From an uncultured Candidatus Peribacteria bacterium (lineage in GTDB: Bacteria > Patescibacteriota > Gracilibacteria > Absconditabacterales > Absconditicoccaceae), in the NCBI GenBank assembly GCA_964613015.1, contig CAZTFP010000002.1:1737-65736 (forward strand): a DNA stretch of 64,000 bases, written 5' to 3'. The notes under the pieces were generated by a model, which did not search any database, had not been told where the DNA came from, and saw nothing but the letters and a program-made list of their open reading frames with translations. Every line of letters begins with the position of its first letter. Within the stretch, counting starts at the first letter, position 1. The position numbers and the translations under genes were made by a program. Shown here one piece after another: positions 13,249-22,491 of this stretch.

Positions 13249-13357
13249 ATATAAGAAATTGTCCTTGCATACGCCGATATGTTTTTTATTATGTATGGCA
13301 CGTGAAAAAAAATATGTACCGTTTCAGAAATCTGATTTTTAATATGTATATGTATGT

Positions 13358-14776
13358 ATGGGAAATACTTCTCCTAGTATAGTTGAAAAACCGATTATTA
13401 AATCACTCTTTACCCTTGCTATACCTATCGTATTAGCAAATCTTTTACAAAGCGCCTACCAACTCATTGATGCTTTTCGAGTAGGAAGATTATGATGAGA
13501 TGCTGTTGCTTCTGTGTCTGTGAGTTTTCCTATTATGTTTTTGTTGATCTCTATGTGAACCTGATTTGCTGTGGCCTGATCAACCCTTATAGCTCAGTAT
13601 TTTTGAGCAAAGAAAAAGGCTATGGTGAATCATGTAGCCGCACAGACATTGTTGATGGTACTTATCGTCTCCATATTCTTATCCGTAATATGACTTATTT
13701 CCTCTCCATTTCTACTTCATCTAATGTGAGTTGAACCGACTATTTTCACGAATGCATTGGCATTTTTGAGGATATCTTTCTTCGGTATATTGTTCGTTTT
13801 CTGATATTCTATGTTCCAGTCAATTATGAGATGAATAGGAGAAGTAAAATTACCTATGTATATAGTATTGTGAACGGTATTGTTAAATGCTATTCTAGAT
13901 CCATTCTTTATTTATGGGTTCTGACCGATACCTTCCATGGGCGTTTCCTGAGCTGCTATGGCTACCTTATTTACTCAATGAATAGCAGCAATAATCTGAA
14001 TCATAATACTCTTTAAAGGTAAATATAATATCCATGTTCATTGGTCAGATTTTATCCCTGATTTCTGATATATCAAAAAGGCTTTTTTCTTGTGACTACC
14101 ATCGTCTTTGGAAATGTCTTCTCGTGGATTGGGGATGGTAATATTAACGTTTCTCATCACGAGTTTCGGCACTCAAGCAGTAGCTTCTTATGGTGCTGGG
14201 TCAAATATTTTGCAACTCATAATCATACCTGCATTGGGACTTTCTATGGCAATCTCTATTCTCGTAGGACAGAATATATGAGCAAAAAGAATGGATAGAG
14301 CTGCTAACACAGCAAAAATCTGATCATTGATTTCATTTTGATTGCTTACCGGGATCTGAATCCTTGTATTTTTCAGTGCCTCATTCCTCATAAGATTCTT
14401 TATTCCTCACGATCCGGCAATCGTAGCTTGATGAACGGAATTTCTTCGTACCGTTGCTTTGACGTTTTGATTTATGGGATTACAAATGGCTATCCTCTGA
14501 GTGTTCCGTGCATCTGGAAATATGACTACCGCATTTATGCTTTCCGTCATTTCTCAGTGGGTAATACAATTCCCACTAGCCTATGTATTATCAAAACATA
14601 CATCATTATGAATCCACTGATTGTGGTATACATTTCCCGTTACCAATATTCTTACTGCCATCATATGCTATCTTCGGTTTATGAAGTGAACATGGAAAAA
14701 ATCTATCATTACTAAAGAAGATAGAATAATTGAACATATTAGTGAAGAAACTTTCGTGGAAGAAGGAACCCGTTAA
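13358..14776 (+). CDS. MATE family efflux transporter
   Basis: ATG 13358, TAA 14774-14776, frame 2. LANLLQSAYQLIDAF(W)VGRLGGDAVASVSVSFPIMFLL is the typical MATE N-terminus. About 29 in-frame TGA codons by hand count. CGA at 13478-13480 falls on the usual AFWVG Trp. Confidence 0.85.
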
Positions 14777-15030
14777 ATATTTATGATATATCTTCTCGTA
14801 TCGTTGGTTTTGTACACTCATAATTTGTTTTATTAGAAAATGACTTTCTCAGATATAAAACGTCTATTTTGTCTACCACTCTCTATGAGGATGTATTTTA
14901 TGAATTTTGTATTGATTTTGTATATATTTTCCCTATATTCACGGACACGTAAATTTTTTGTTTATTTTGAATTTTTGTAAAAGCCAATTATTAACTATTA
15001 TATTCACTTTATCATTTATCATCGTTTAGT

Positions 15031-15456
15031 ATGCCTACTATCAATCAACTTATCAAGACCTGAAGAAAACAAAAGACGTATAAATCTAAAGCGCCCGCTT
15101 TGCAGTTTGGTATCAATAAACTCGACAGCAACAAGAGAACCGATAGACCAGCTCCATTCAAAAGATGAGTATGTCTCAAAGTTTCTGTGATGGGTCCAAA
15201 AAAACCAAATTCAGCGCAAAGAAAATTTGCAAAAGTAAGACTATCTAATGGTGCTGAAATACTTGCCTATATCCCAGGAGAATCTCATACCCTTCAAGAA
15301 CACAGTGTAGTACTTGTAAGAGGATGAAGATGTAAAGATCTTCCAGGAGTAAGATATCATATCATCAGAGGAAAATACGACGCAAATCCTGTAGACAAAA
15401 GAAGACAATCTAGATCTCTTTACGGAGCAAAAAGACCAAAAGCAGCAAAAGCATAA
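15031..15456 (+). CDS. rpsL: 30S ribosomal protein S12
   Basis: [10 protein letters not shown](G)RKQK...VLVRG(G)[18 protein letters not shown] 15325-15327 lies at the conserved RGGR glycine. Confidence 0.97.
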
Positions 15457-15520
15457 TCTTAGTATCAAGCTTGGAGCTTAAAGCTTAAGGCTAATGTTTA
15501 TTTATCATTTAGTTTATACT

Positions 15521-15973
15521 ATGTCAAAATTAATTGCCGGTTCATTATCTAACCCAAAAATCGAAAAGATTATCAACTACATTATGAAAAATGGGAAAAA
15601 AAGTGTAGCTAAAAAAATCTATCACGATATGCTTCAAGAGATCAAATCCAATGGTCATATGAATCCAGAAATAGTCTTGGAAACTGCTATAGATAATGCT
15701 TCTCCTAGTTTGATGATCAAATCAAAAAGAATGTGAGGTTCTGTATATCAAGTTCCTGTAGAAGTTAAACAAGATAAAAAACTATTTTTTGCTTTCAAAC
15801 GAATTCTTGCTGGTACTGATTCAAAAACAGGTAAACCTATGTACAAAAAATTAGCTGAAGAAATCATGGCAGCATACGGTAATCAAGGATACGCAGTAAA
15901 GAAAAAAGAAGAAACACATAAAATGGCTGAAGCAAACAAAGCGTTTGCATACATGGCAAAATACGTTAATTAA
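15521..15973 (+). CDS. rpsG: 30S ribosomal protein S7
   Basis: ...SPSLMIKSKRM(G)GSVYQVPVEV...AVKKKEETHKMAEANKAFA. The ATG at 15521 is in frame with track ORF 15494. TAA 15971-15973. Confidence 0.93.
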
Positions 15974-15980
15974 TACACAA

Positions 15981-16020
15981 CGATTAAACGTTTCATCGAT
16001 TAAACGTTTAAACGATTTAT
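15981..16020. repeat. 16-nt-period direct repeat (cgattaaacgttt x2) with AAACGTTT palindromes, 3' of rpsG
   Basis: cgattaaacgttt at 15981-15993 and again at 15997-16009, followed by aaacgattt. Confidence 0.6.
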
Positions 16021-16039
16021 CTTCTATATTAATAATAAA

Positions 16040-16291
16040 ATGGGAAATACTAGTGGAGCAAAATATAAGCATATGATGTATAACGTTTCTCGAGCAAGCC
16101 AAAAATCTGGAAAAAAACTAGAAAAGGCAATTGCACGATATGTTGATCTTATGAAAAAAGAAGAAAAAGCAGGATCAGAAACGAAATGGATATACAAGAC
16201 GAGATTAAAAGCAAATGCTAGACTCAAAAGATATGGGGTAACTCAAGCGATGCTTGATGCTGCTCTAGCAAAAAAATGAGTTAGCAAATAG
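16040..16291 (+). CDS. small basic protein (83 aa), function unassigned
   Basis: Track ORF 16040-16279 continues through one TGA to TAG 16289-16291. Lys/Arg-rich and located in a ribosomal-protein neighbourhood. Confidence 0.4.
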
Positions 16292-16503
16292 ACCTGAACA
16301 CAACATTTTAATTATATTTGTTTAATAGCATGACTAGATTAAAAACCAACGCAAAAAGAAAGCTCAACAAAGCATTATTCAGAGTTGAAAAAGTTGTTAT
16401 CATGGACGTAAGAAGAAACCTTGAACAACAAAAAAAATGGAAAGCTAAGGTTATGAACAAAAAGGCTAAATAGTTTTTTTTAAATTATTGAATAGTATTT
16501 AAA

Positions 16504-16929
16504 ATGAATTTTGACAGACTCAAACATTTCTACGACAACAATGGAAGCAAAATCCTTGATATCAAACCAGGGATGTATATTGAAATCCATGAAAAAGATG
16601 TAGAAACAAATAGAATTTGGAGATTTAAATGTCTTGTTATCAAGACAAAAAAACCTAGTCATGCTGATGGATCATTTACCGTTAGAGGTATGGTCGCTGG
16701 TGTAGAGGTAGAAAAAATCTATCCTCTTTCATTCAACAAATTCGACAAAATTGTTCTTTTGGATGAATATCAAATCAGAAGAGCTAAACTTTACTATATC
16801 AGAGACAAAGTAGGTAAGGATGCTAGATTCAAATCCAAAATCACTGCTGAAAAGAGAGATATAAATATCCTCGATAAAGAAGCTGGTAAAGTAAAAGAAA
16901 ATAAAGGAAAGAAAAAAGGAAAAAAATAA
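16504..16929 (+). CDS. rplS: 50S ribosomal protein L19
   Basis: ...FTVRGMVAGVEVEKIYPLSFNKFDKIVLLDEYQIRRAKLYYIRDKVGK fits the L19 signature. Confidence 0.9.
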   Translation: MNFDRLKHFYDNNGSKILDIKPGMYIEIHEKDVETNRIWRFKCLVIKTKKPSHADGSFTVRGMVAGVEVEKIYPLSFNKFDKIVLLDEYQIRRAKLYYIRDKVGKDARFKSKITAEKRDINILDKEAGKVKENKGKKKGKK

Positions 16930-16962
16930 TCTCACTATTTTATTATCTTCGTTATTATTCTA

Positions 16963-17625
16963 ATGGAACTTATTGTAACCTCTCGCCAAAATAAGAAAGC
17001 TAAAGATCTTAGAAAAGAAGGATTGATTCCTGGTATTGTCTATGGAAAGCATCTTAAAGAGCCTATTGCTGTCGCATGCAAAAGAAATGATCTTATCAAA
17101 AAATATAAGGAAGCTGGATATTCTACTCCACTTACTCTCAGTGGTGATGATATAGATCAACTTGTACTTATCCAAGATATCCAATTGGATCCTGTAAGTG
17201 ATATGCTTATCCATATAGATTTTTTGGCGGTTAATAAAGATGAAAAAGTTACTACAGAAATACCTGTAAAGATGATTGGTGAGTCTATAATTGAAAAATT
17301 ATGAGAAGGAAAAATACAACTTTTGAAAGACTTTATTGAAGTTGAAGCATTTCCACAAGATTTACCTCATGATATTACTATCGATATCTCTGCAATCAAA
17401 AACATCAATGATGTTATCGTTGTGGGAGACTTGAAATTCTCTGATAAAGTAGAAGTTCTTGATGATCCAGAGCAAGCTATCGTTACTGTTCTTATTATGA
17501 CAGAAGAAGTAGAAGAAGCTCCTGTATCTGCTGTTGAAGCAACTCCTGCCGCTGGTACTGCTCCTGCTGCTGGTACAACCTCTGCTGCTCCAGCAAAAGA
17601 CGACAAGAAAGACCAAAAGAAATAA
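16963..17625 (+). CDS. rplY: 50S ribosomal protein L25 / Ctc family, with Ala/Pro/Lys-rich tail
   Basis: Track ORFs 16963-17304 and 17323-17625 are in one frame, joined through TGA 17302-17304. LRKEGLIPGIVYGK...LIHIDFLAV is L25-like. Confidence 0.88.
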
Positions 17626-17701
17626 TAATTAGACCTGAGTATCAAGATCCAATTATCAAGAAAATAACCTATGACTGTTTTAATATATTAATTAGAATAA
17701 A

Positions 17702-17890
17702 ATGGCAAGAGTATGTGATTTTACCTGAAGATGAACATGATCTGGAAATATGAGATCTCATTCTATGAGAGCAACCAAAAGATCTTTTAAGGTAAACCTT
17801 ATTAATAAAAAAGTGAAACTTGAAGATGGTTCTCAGCTCAAGATAAAAGTCAGTTCCAAAATATATAAGAAACTCAAAGGATTTGTATAA
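17702..17890 (+). CDS. rpmB: 50S ribosomal protein L28
   Basis: MARVCDFT(G)R(G)T(G)SGNMRSHSMRATKRSFKVNL matches the L28 N-terminus. Three TGA=Gly codons. Confidence 0.9.
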
Positions 17891-17901
17891 AAAACACTTA
17901 A

Positions 17902-17947
17902 ATGACCAATAGTTTTCCTAGTGAATCCTTTGGTCATCGATTTTTTT
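17902..17947 (+). terminator. hairpin plus T-run after rpmB
   Basis: atgaccaa (17902-17909) pairs with ttggtcat (17930-17937), followed by ttttttt 17941-17947. Confidence 0.5.
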
Positions 17948-17951
17948 GTTA

Positions 17952-18003
17952 GGGGGTCTCAGTCGGTAGAGCAACTCCGCTAAAGGTAGTCTAGGGTTCA
18001 ATA
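17952..18003 (+). pseudogene. decayed tRNA-like fragment (D-arm intact; no foldable acceptor or T-arm)
   Basis: tctcagtcggtagagcaa aligns with the D-arm of the adjacent tRNA-Lys (gctcagtcggtagagcaa). ctagggttcaat resembles the 5' half of a T-arm. The anticodon loop gctaaag lacks U33 and the 3' half is missing. Confidence 0.35.
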
Positions 18004-18033
18004 TAGTAATAATATGATAATGTATAATGGTAT

Positions 18034-18109
18034 GGGGTGGTAGCTCAGTCGGTAGAGCAATGGCCTTTTAAGCCAGTGGTCCAGGGTTCGATCCCCTGCC
18101 ACCCTACCA
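18034..18109 (+). tRNA. tRNA-Lys (anticodon UUU), CCA encoded
   Basis: Hand-folded cloverleaf: acceptor GGGGTGG/CCACCCT, D-arm GCTC-AGTCGGTA-GAGC, anticodon arm ATGGC-CTTTTAA-GCCAG, variable loop TGGTC, T-arm CAGGG-TTCGATC-CCCTG, discriminator A, then CCA. Confidence 0.9.
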
Positions 18110-18128
18110 AAAAGTCATTAGTAATAAA
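18104..18128 (+). repeat. 25-nt direct repeat, copy 1 (tRNA-Lys 3' end plus trailer)
   Basis: ctaccaaaaagtcattagtaataaa recurs at 18265-18289 with one mismatch. Confidence 0.8.
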
Positions 18129-18264
18129 ACACATAGAAAAATATCTAGTAATGGATGTTTTTTTTATTTTATTCTGATTTCACTTCTCTCTGGTCCTAGC
18201 AATGCATCCAGGGGGGTTTATACCGCAAGGCAGGAATCCTCTGCCACCTTTATCCTGTTAAGTG

Positions 18265-18289
18265 CTACCAAGAAGTCATTAGTAATAAA
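18265..18289 (+). repeat. 25-nt direct repeat, copy 2, preceded by a non-foldable tRNA-sized segment
   Basis: ctaccaagaagtcattagtaataaa. The preceding 73 nt (18198-18270) end in ..gctACCA but do not fold as a tRNA. Confidence 0.8.
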
Positions 18290-18298
18290 CATATATAA

Positions 18299-18325
18299 AA
18301 TAACTAAGTGATTAGTTATTTTTTT
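18299..18325 (+). terminator. rho-independent terminator
   Basis: aataactaa-gtga-ttagttatt followed by ttttt. Confidence 0.6.
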
Positions 18326-18390
18326 GTTTACTTAAAATTTTACTCAGTCCCCCGCTAAAGCATTACCTCATTGTCTGTAATTTATATTAT

Positions 18391-18430
18391 AAAAAAGCCC
18401 AATCTTCTGTGAAGGAGTCGGGCTTTTTTT
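18391..18430. terminator. bidirectional hairpin (A6 ... T7), 3' of the cupredoxin gene
   Basis: aaaaaAGCCCaatCTTCtgtGAAGgagtcGGGCTttttttt. Confidence 0.5.
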
Positions 18431-18449
18431 ATTAATTTTTGTGTATGGT

Positions 18450-18899
18450 TTATTCGGTCACAGTTAATGTTCCCCAGTGGCCATTTGCTCTATGTCCAGG
18501 CATAGAACAGTAATAAATAAATTTTCCTACCTTGTCAGCTACAAACTCTACAACGGTTTCTTGATTAATCGGAGTAGCAAAATGTACATTGAATTCGTCG
18601 ATATTGAAATTATGCATACCTTTTGTTACCGTAATTTTTACCTTCACTATATCTCACTTCTTGACAGTCATTTCCTGCAAAGAATATCTTGGAGCAGGTT
18701 TTCCATTGACCATATTACTGTAAGATTGCATAGCAAATTCTTTAATTGTTCCCGTAGCATTTGTTGTAAAATTGGTGGTATTCATACCCGTACTGAGTGG
18801 TGTTGTTTGGTTGGCATCATGCTTGCTACAACCTGCTAATGCAAGGACTGAGAGAGCAGAGACCATTACCACACCCAACATAACATTTTTTCTATTCAT
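18450..18899 (-). CDS. cupredoxin-family copper-binding lipoprotein
   Basis: Track ORFs 18654-18899 and 18450-18647 are in one frame, joined by one TGA (..TVKK(G)DIVKV..). Lipobox LALAGC. YYCSMPGHRANGHWGTLTV is a type-1 copper C..PGH motif. Confidence 0.8.
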
Positions 18900-19199
18900 A
18901 ATTAGTTAGTTACAATATAAAGGATTACTTCTTTAAAGTGAGTATACTTTATACATCAGCTATATATAATCAACTTAATTTACTGCATAGGTGAATTTGA
19001 GCTTTTTTCTTAAAGATTTTAATTACACTATCCACACACATTGTTTTGTTTGATAGTTTCCAGCGACGATTTAGGATAACCTTATTGTATAATAAAAACA
19101 CAGTACACTTTTTTTCAAAAAAACCTTGAAAATTTTAAAAAAATGTATAATATAGCACTTACACCGTATTGGTGCTTTTATCTCTTAACCACTATCACC

Positions 19200-19649
19200 A
19201 TGTTTAAAGGAAAAGTGTATATGTATAGCAACATCAATGGGAAAGAGGAAAAACTAGAGAGAGAGTTTGACAATCCTCAGGACTTCCAGTCATTTGCTGG
19301 TCAAGTACCAGCGTTCCAGATGCTCAATCGTATGCCGATGTTTGGATTGGATGGATGGAACAGTTTACACAATTATCTTGAAGACTTTTTGGATAGAAAG
19401 CTAGGGCTTGACTATCAATCGGAAGACGACCAACAATCACTCATAGACCTCAATAAATATGAACAGGCGTTGGAAGACATAGAATACAATAAGACACACA
19501 AAGATGCACGTGCTAAACAACTCAAAACTACCCTACAAAAACTCAAGGAATACAAAAAGACATTTAAGGAAGAACATAGAGATGATCTCATCGTACAGAT
19601 TGATGAAGATATTAAAAAAATGGAAGAAGAACTCAAAAAACTAGAATAA
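19200..19649 (+). CDS. hypothetical protein (149 aa, acidic coiled-coil C-terminus)
   Basis: Track ORF 19143-19649. I prefer the in-frame ATG at 19200 because 19144-19151 (tgtataat) looks like an extended -10 box. Confidence 0.5.
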   Translation: MFKGKVYMYSNINGKEEKLEREFDNPQDFQSFAGQVPAFQMLNRMPMFGLDGWNSLHNYLEDFLDRKLGLDYQSEDDQQSLIDLNKYEQALEDIEYNKTHKDARAKQLKTTLQKLKEYKKTFKEEHRDDLIVQIDEDIKKMEEELKKLE

Positions 19650-19817
19650 TTCCATGTCTCTCTCCCCTTGCTATACAAAAAGATTCTGGGCTTCATTGCT
19701 CAGAATTTTTTATTACCACCCGGGTGCATTTTTTGGTTGAAATACGGACCAAATAGAGTACATAAGAGTATTGTATTTTTTGCTTTTTTTTTGTATTTAC
19801 CTATTTTGCTTGTACAC

Positions 19818-22268
19818 ATGAAACATTTAGTGATTGTTGAGTCTCCGGCTAAATCTGCGACTATCAAAAAATTTCTCGGTGAAGGATTTGAAGTAAAAGC
19901 CTCGTTTGGACACGTAATAGATCTCCCACAAAAAGAACTCGGTGTAGATGTCAAAAATAATTTTGCACCAAAATATATAGTATCTCCTGATAAAACTAAG
20001 GTGGTGAGTGAGCTAAAGGCGCTAGCTAAAAAGGCTGATAAAGTCTGGATCGCTACCGATGAAGACCGCGAAGGAGAAGCAATATGACGACATGTGGCTA
20101 ATGCACTAGGATTGGATGTTAAAAAAACTGCAAGAATAGTCTTCCATGAAATCACCAAAGAGGCGATTGATGCAGCAGTAAAAAATCCTAGAACGATAGA
20201 TATGAATCTCGTAGATGCACAACAAGCAAGAAGAATCTTAGATAGATTAGTATGATTTGAATTGTCACCTGTCCTCTGGAAAAAAATTAAAATGGGATTG
20301 AGTGCATGAAGAGTGCAATCCGTAGCTGTAAGATTGATCGTCGAAAGAGAAAGAGAAATCCAAAAATTTGAATCTGCATCATTTTTTAAAGTGATTTGAA
20401 GTTTTGTGGGTGATGCGAAAAAAGAATTTAAAGCTGAACTTTCCAAAGATTTGCCTACTGCCGACGAAGCAAAGAAATTCCTTGAATCATGCAAAGATGC
20501 CAAATATACGATAGAAAATGTGGAAGTAAAACCAGGGAAAAAGTCACCTTCTGCTCCCTTTACGACCTCTACCCTTCAACAAGAAGCGAGCAGAAAATTA
20601 GGATTTTCAGTCGCAAGGACAATGCAAGTTGCTCAGAAATTATATGAATGAGGATTTATCACGTACATGAGAACTGATTCCGTAAATATGTCAGATTTTG
20701 CGCTCAAAGCAGCTCAAGACGAGATAACCAAAAGATATGGAAAAGACTATACTAACCCAACACAGTATGTCACCAAAAGCAAATGATCACAAGAAGCACA
20801 TGAATGTATCAGACCAGCACATATGGAAAACAACATGGCAGGCAATGACGCTTCCGAAAAAAGATTGTATGAATTGATTTGGAAAAGAACTATTGCTTCA
20901 CAAATGGCACCAGCTGAAGTAGAAAAAACGAAAGCAACCATAAGTATATCAACGAATAATAAATTTAATTTCATCGCTAGTGGTGAAGTTGTGAAGTTTG
21001 ATGGATTTCTGAAAGTATATTTCGAATCTAAAGATGAGGAAGATGGAGAAGGAGCAAAGGACGAGGAAGAAGGCATGTTACCTAAGTTAACTAAGGGTGA
21101 AATATTGGCAATGCAACAGATTCTTGCTGGAGAAAGATTTAAAAATCACCCACCAAGATACACAGAAGCGTCGTTGGTTAAAAAGCTTGAAGAGCTTGGT
21201 ATCGGACGTCCATCTACCTATGCACCAACGATTTCAACCGTACAAAAAAGAGGATATGTTGTGAAAGAAGATAGAAACGGAACGGAAAGAAAGTATCAGG
21301 AAATGATTTTGAGACTCTGAGTCATCAAATCTGAAACGAAAAAACAAAATACCTGAGCAGAGAAACAAAAGCTCTTCCCTACAGATATCGGTATGGTGGT
21401 AAATGATTTTTTGGTCGCGAACTTCAAAGAGATTTTGGATTATAATTTTACGGCAAGCGTGGAAGAAGAATTCGATGAAGTCGCTGAAGGTAAAATCAAG
21501 TGGCCTGAAATGATGAAAAAATTTTACGGACCATTTCATAAAGAAGTAGCTAAGACGATAGAATTCGCAGAAAAGCAGACGGGAGAGAAAGCGCTCGGTA
21601 TAGATCCTAACACCGGTAAGACCGTCGTCGCAAGGATAGGAAGATTTGGTCCTATGGTACAAGTAGGGACCGCTCAAGATACGGATAAACCAAAATTTGC
21701 TTCGCTCAGACCCGGACAAAATATTGAATCGCTTACCCTGGAAGATGCCTTGGCATTGTTCGCATTACCGAGAATTATCTGACAATATGAGGGTGAATGA
21801 GTCACCGCAGCAGTAGGAAAATTTGGACCGTATTTGAAATATAAAACATTCTTCGTCTCTATCCCCAAGACCTTGGATCCCTACACTATCACGATGGAAG
21901 AAGGTATCCCGCTCATAGAGAAGAAAATCGACACAGAAAAAAACAAGTATATCAATAATTTCGATTATGATGGCAAAAAAATAGAAGTATTGAATGGACT
22001 CTATGGTGCATACATAAAATTTGATGGAAATAATTATAAAATCGCCAAAGGGGGGAAAGATGCTAGCGACTTGAGCAAGGATGAATGTATAGCGATTATT
22101 GCCAGCGGTCCTAAGCCTAAATTCTGAGCTAAAACAGTAACAAAGAAAGAAACGAAAAAGCTAACTAAAGAAGCTCCTTCAACCAAAAAAATAGCAGTAA
22201 AGAAAACCCCAACGAAAAAGTCCATAGTCAAAAAATCCCCAACGAAAACTAAACCATCAAAGAAATAA
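19818..22268 (+). CDS. topA: DNA topoisomerase I
   Basis: [21 protein letters not shown]..., TOPRIM motif [11 protein letters not shown](G)(W)[14 protein letters not shown], Lys-rich tail. Track ORFs 19668, 20406, 20823, 21393 and 21834 all lie in frame 3. TAA 22266-22268. Confidence 0.95.
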
Positions 22269-22491
22269 TTCTGTTTTATTTTTTTACGGAATTATGATGC
22301 GCGAAGACTATATTTCACTATTCTCTGAAAGAGATCCGAATATGTCCTACGCTGCTGAAGAGCTAGAATCATTTTCTTATGAAGAAAATATTGAAACAAT
22401 CAATAATGAGGAAGTAGATAGAGGAGAATAAAAAAATCTAACCGTAATTGTCATACTTCGTCCCTAATTTTTATATAGTAAATTAGCGATT

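Noticed and set aside
10935-13357. Mobile-element hallmarks around the apparently foreign T9SS-tail gene: transposase, integrase, inverted repeats or target-site duplication.
   Set aside because: None were found. The only shared flank string is the low-complexity atatgtatat, which is not convincing as a duplication. The mechanism of arrival, or the possibility of an assembly chimera, stays open.
16040-16291. Calling this small basic protein ribosomal protein S20. Also considered calling the short ORFs 16330-16473 (47 aa, basic), 22294-22431 (45 aa, acidic) and 38742-38921 (59 aa, acidic).
   Set aside because: The resemblance to S20 is only compositional. The other three ORFs have no motif support beyond being open in intergenic gaps, so they are left uncalled or given low confidence.
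18198-18270. A possible extra tRNA: the segment is 73 nt, ends in ACCA, and has the same trailer as tRNA-Lys.
   Set aside because: Only 5 of 7 acceptor pairs form. No D-stem or T-arm can be formed. The one good stem-loop (ggcag-gaatcct-ctgcc) has neither U33 nor a T-loop consensus. Treated as a decayed copy.
19700-20503. A 267-aa minus-strand ORF. Other long track ORFs of the same kind are 2208-2705, 8390-8791, 38176-38586, 48101-48649, 57341-57781 and 59546-59950.
   Set aside because: All lie antisense to well-supported genes (topA, the surface proteins, the response regulator, nrdD, the 1205-aa membrane protein). Their sequences are low-complexity Ser/Phe/Ile-rich with no recognisable motifs.
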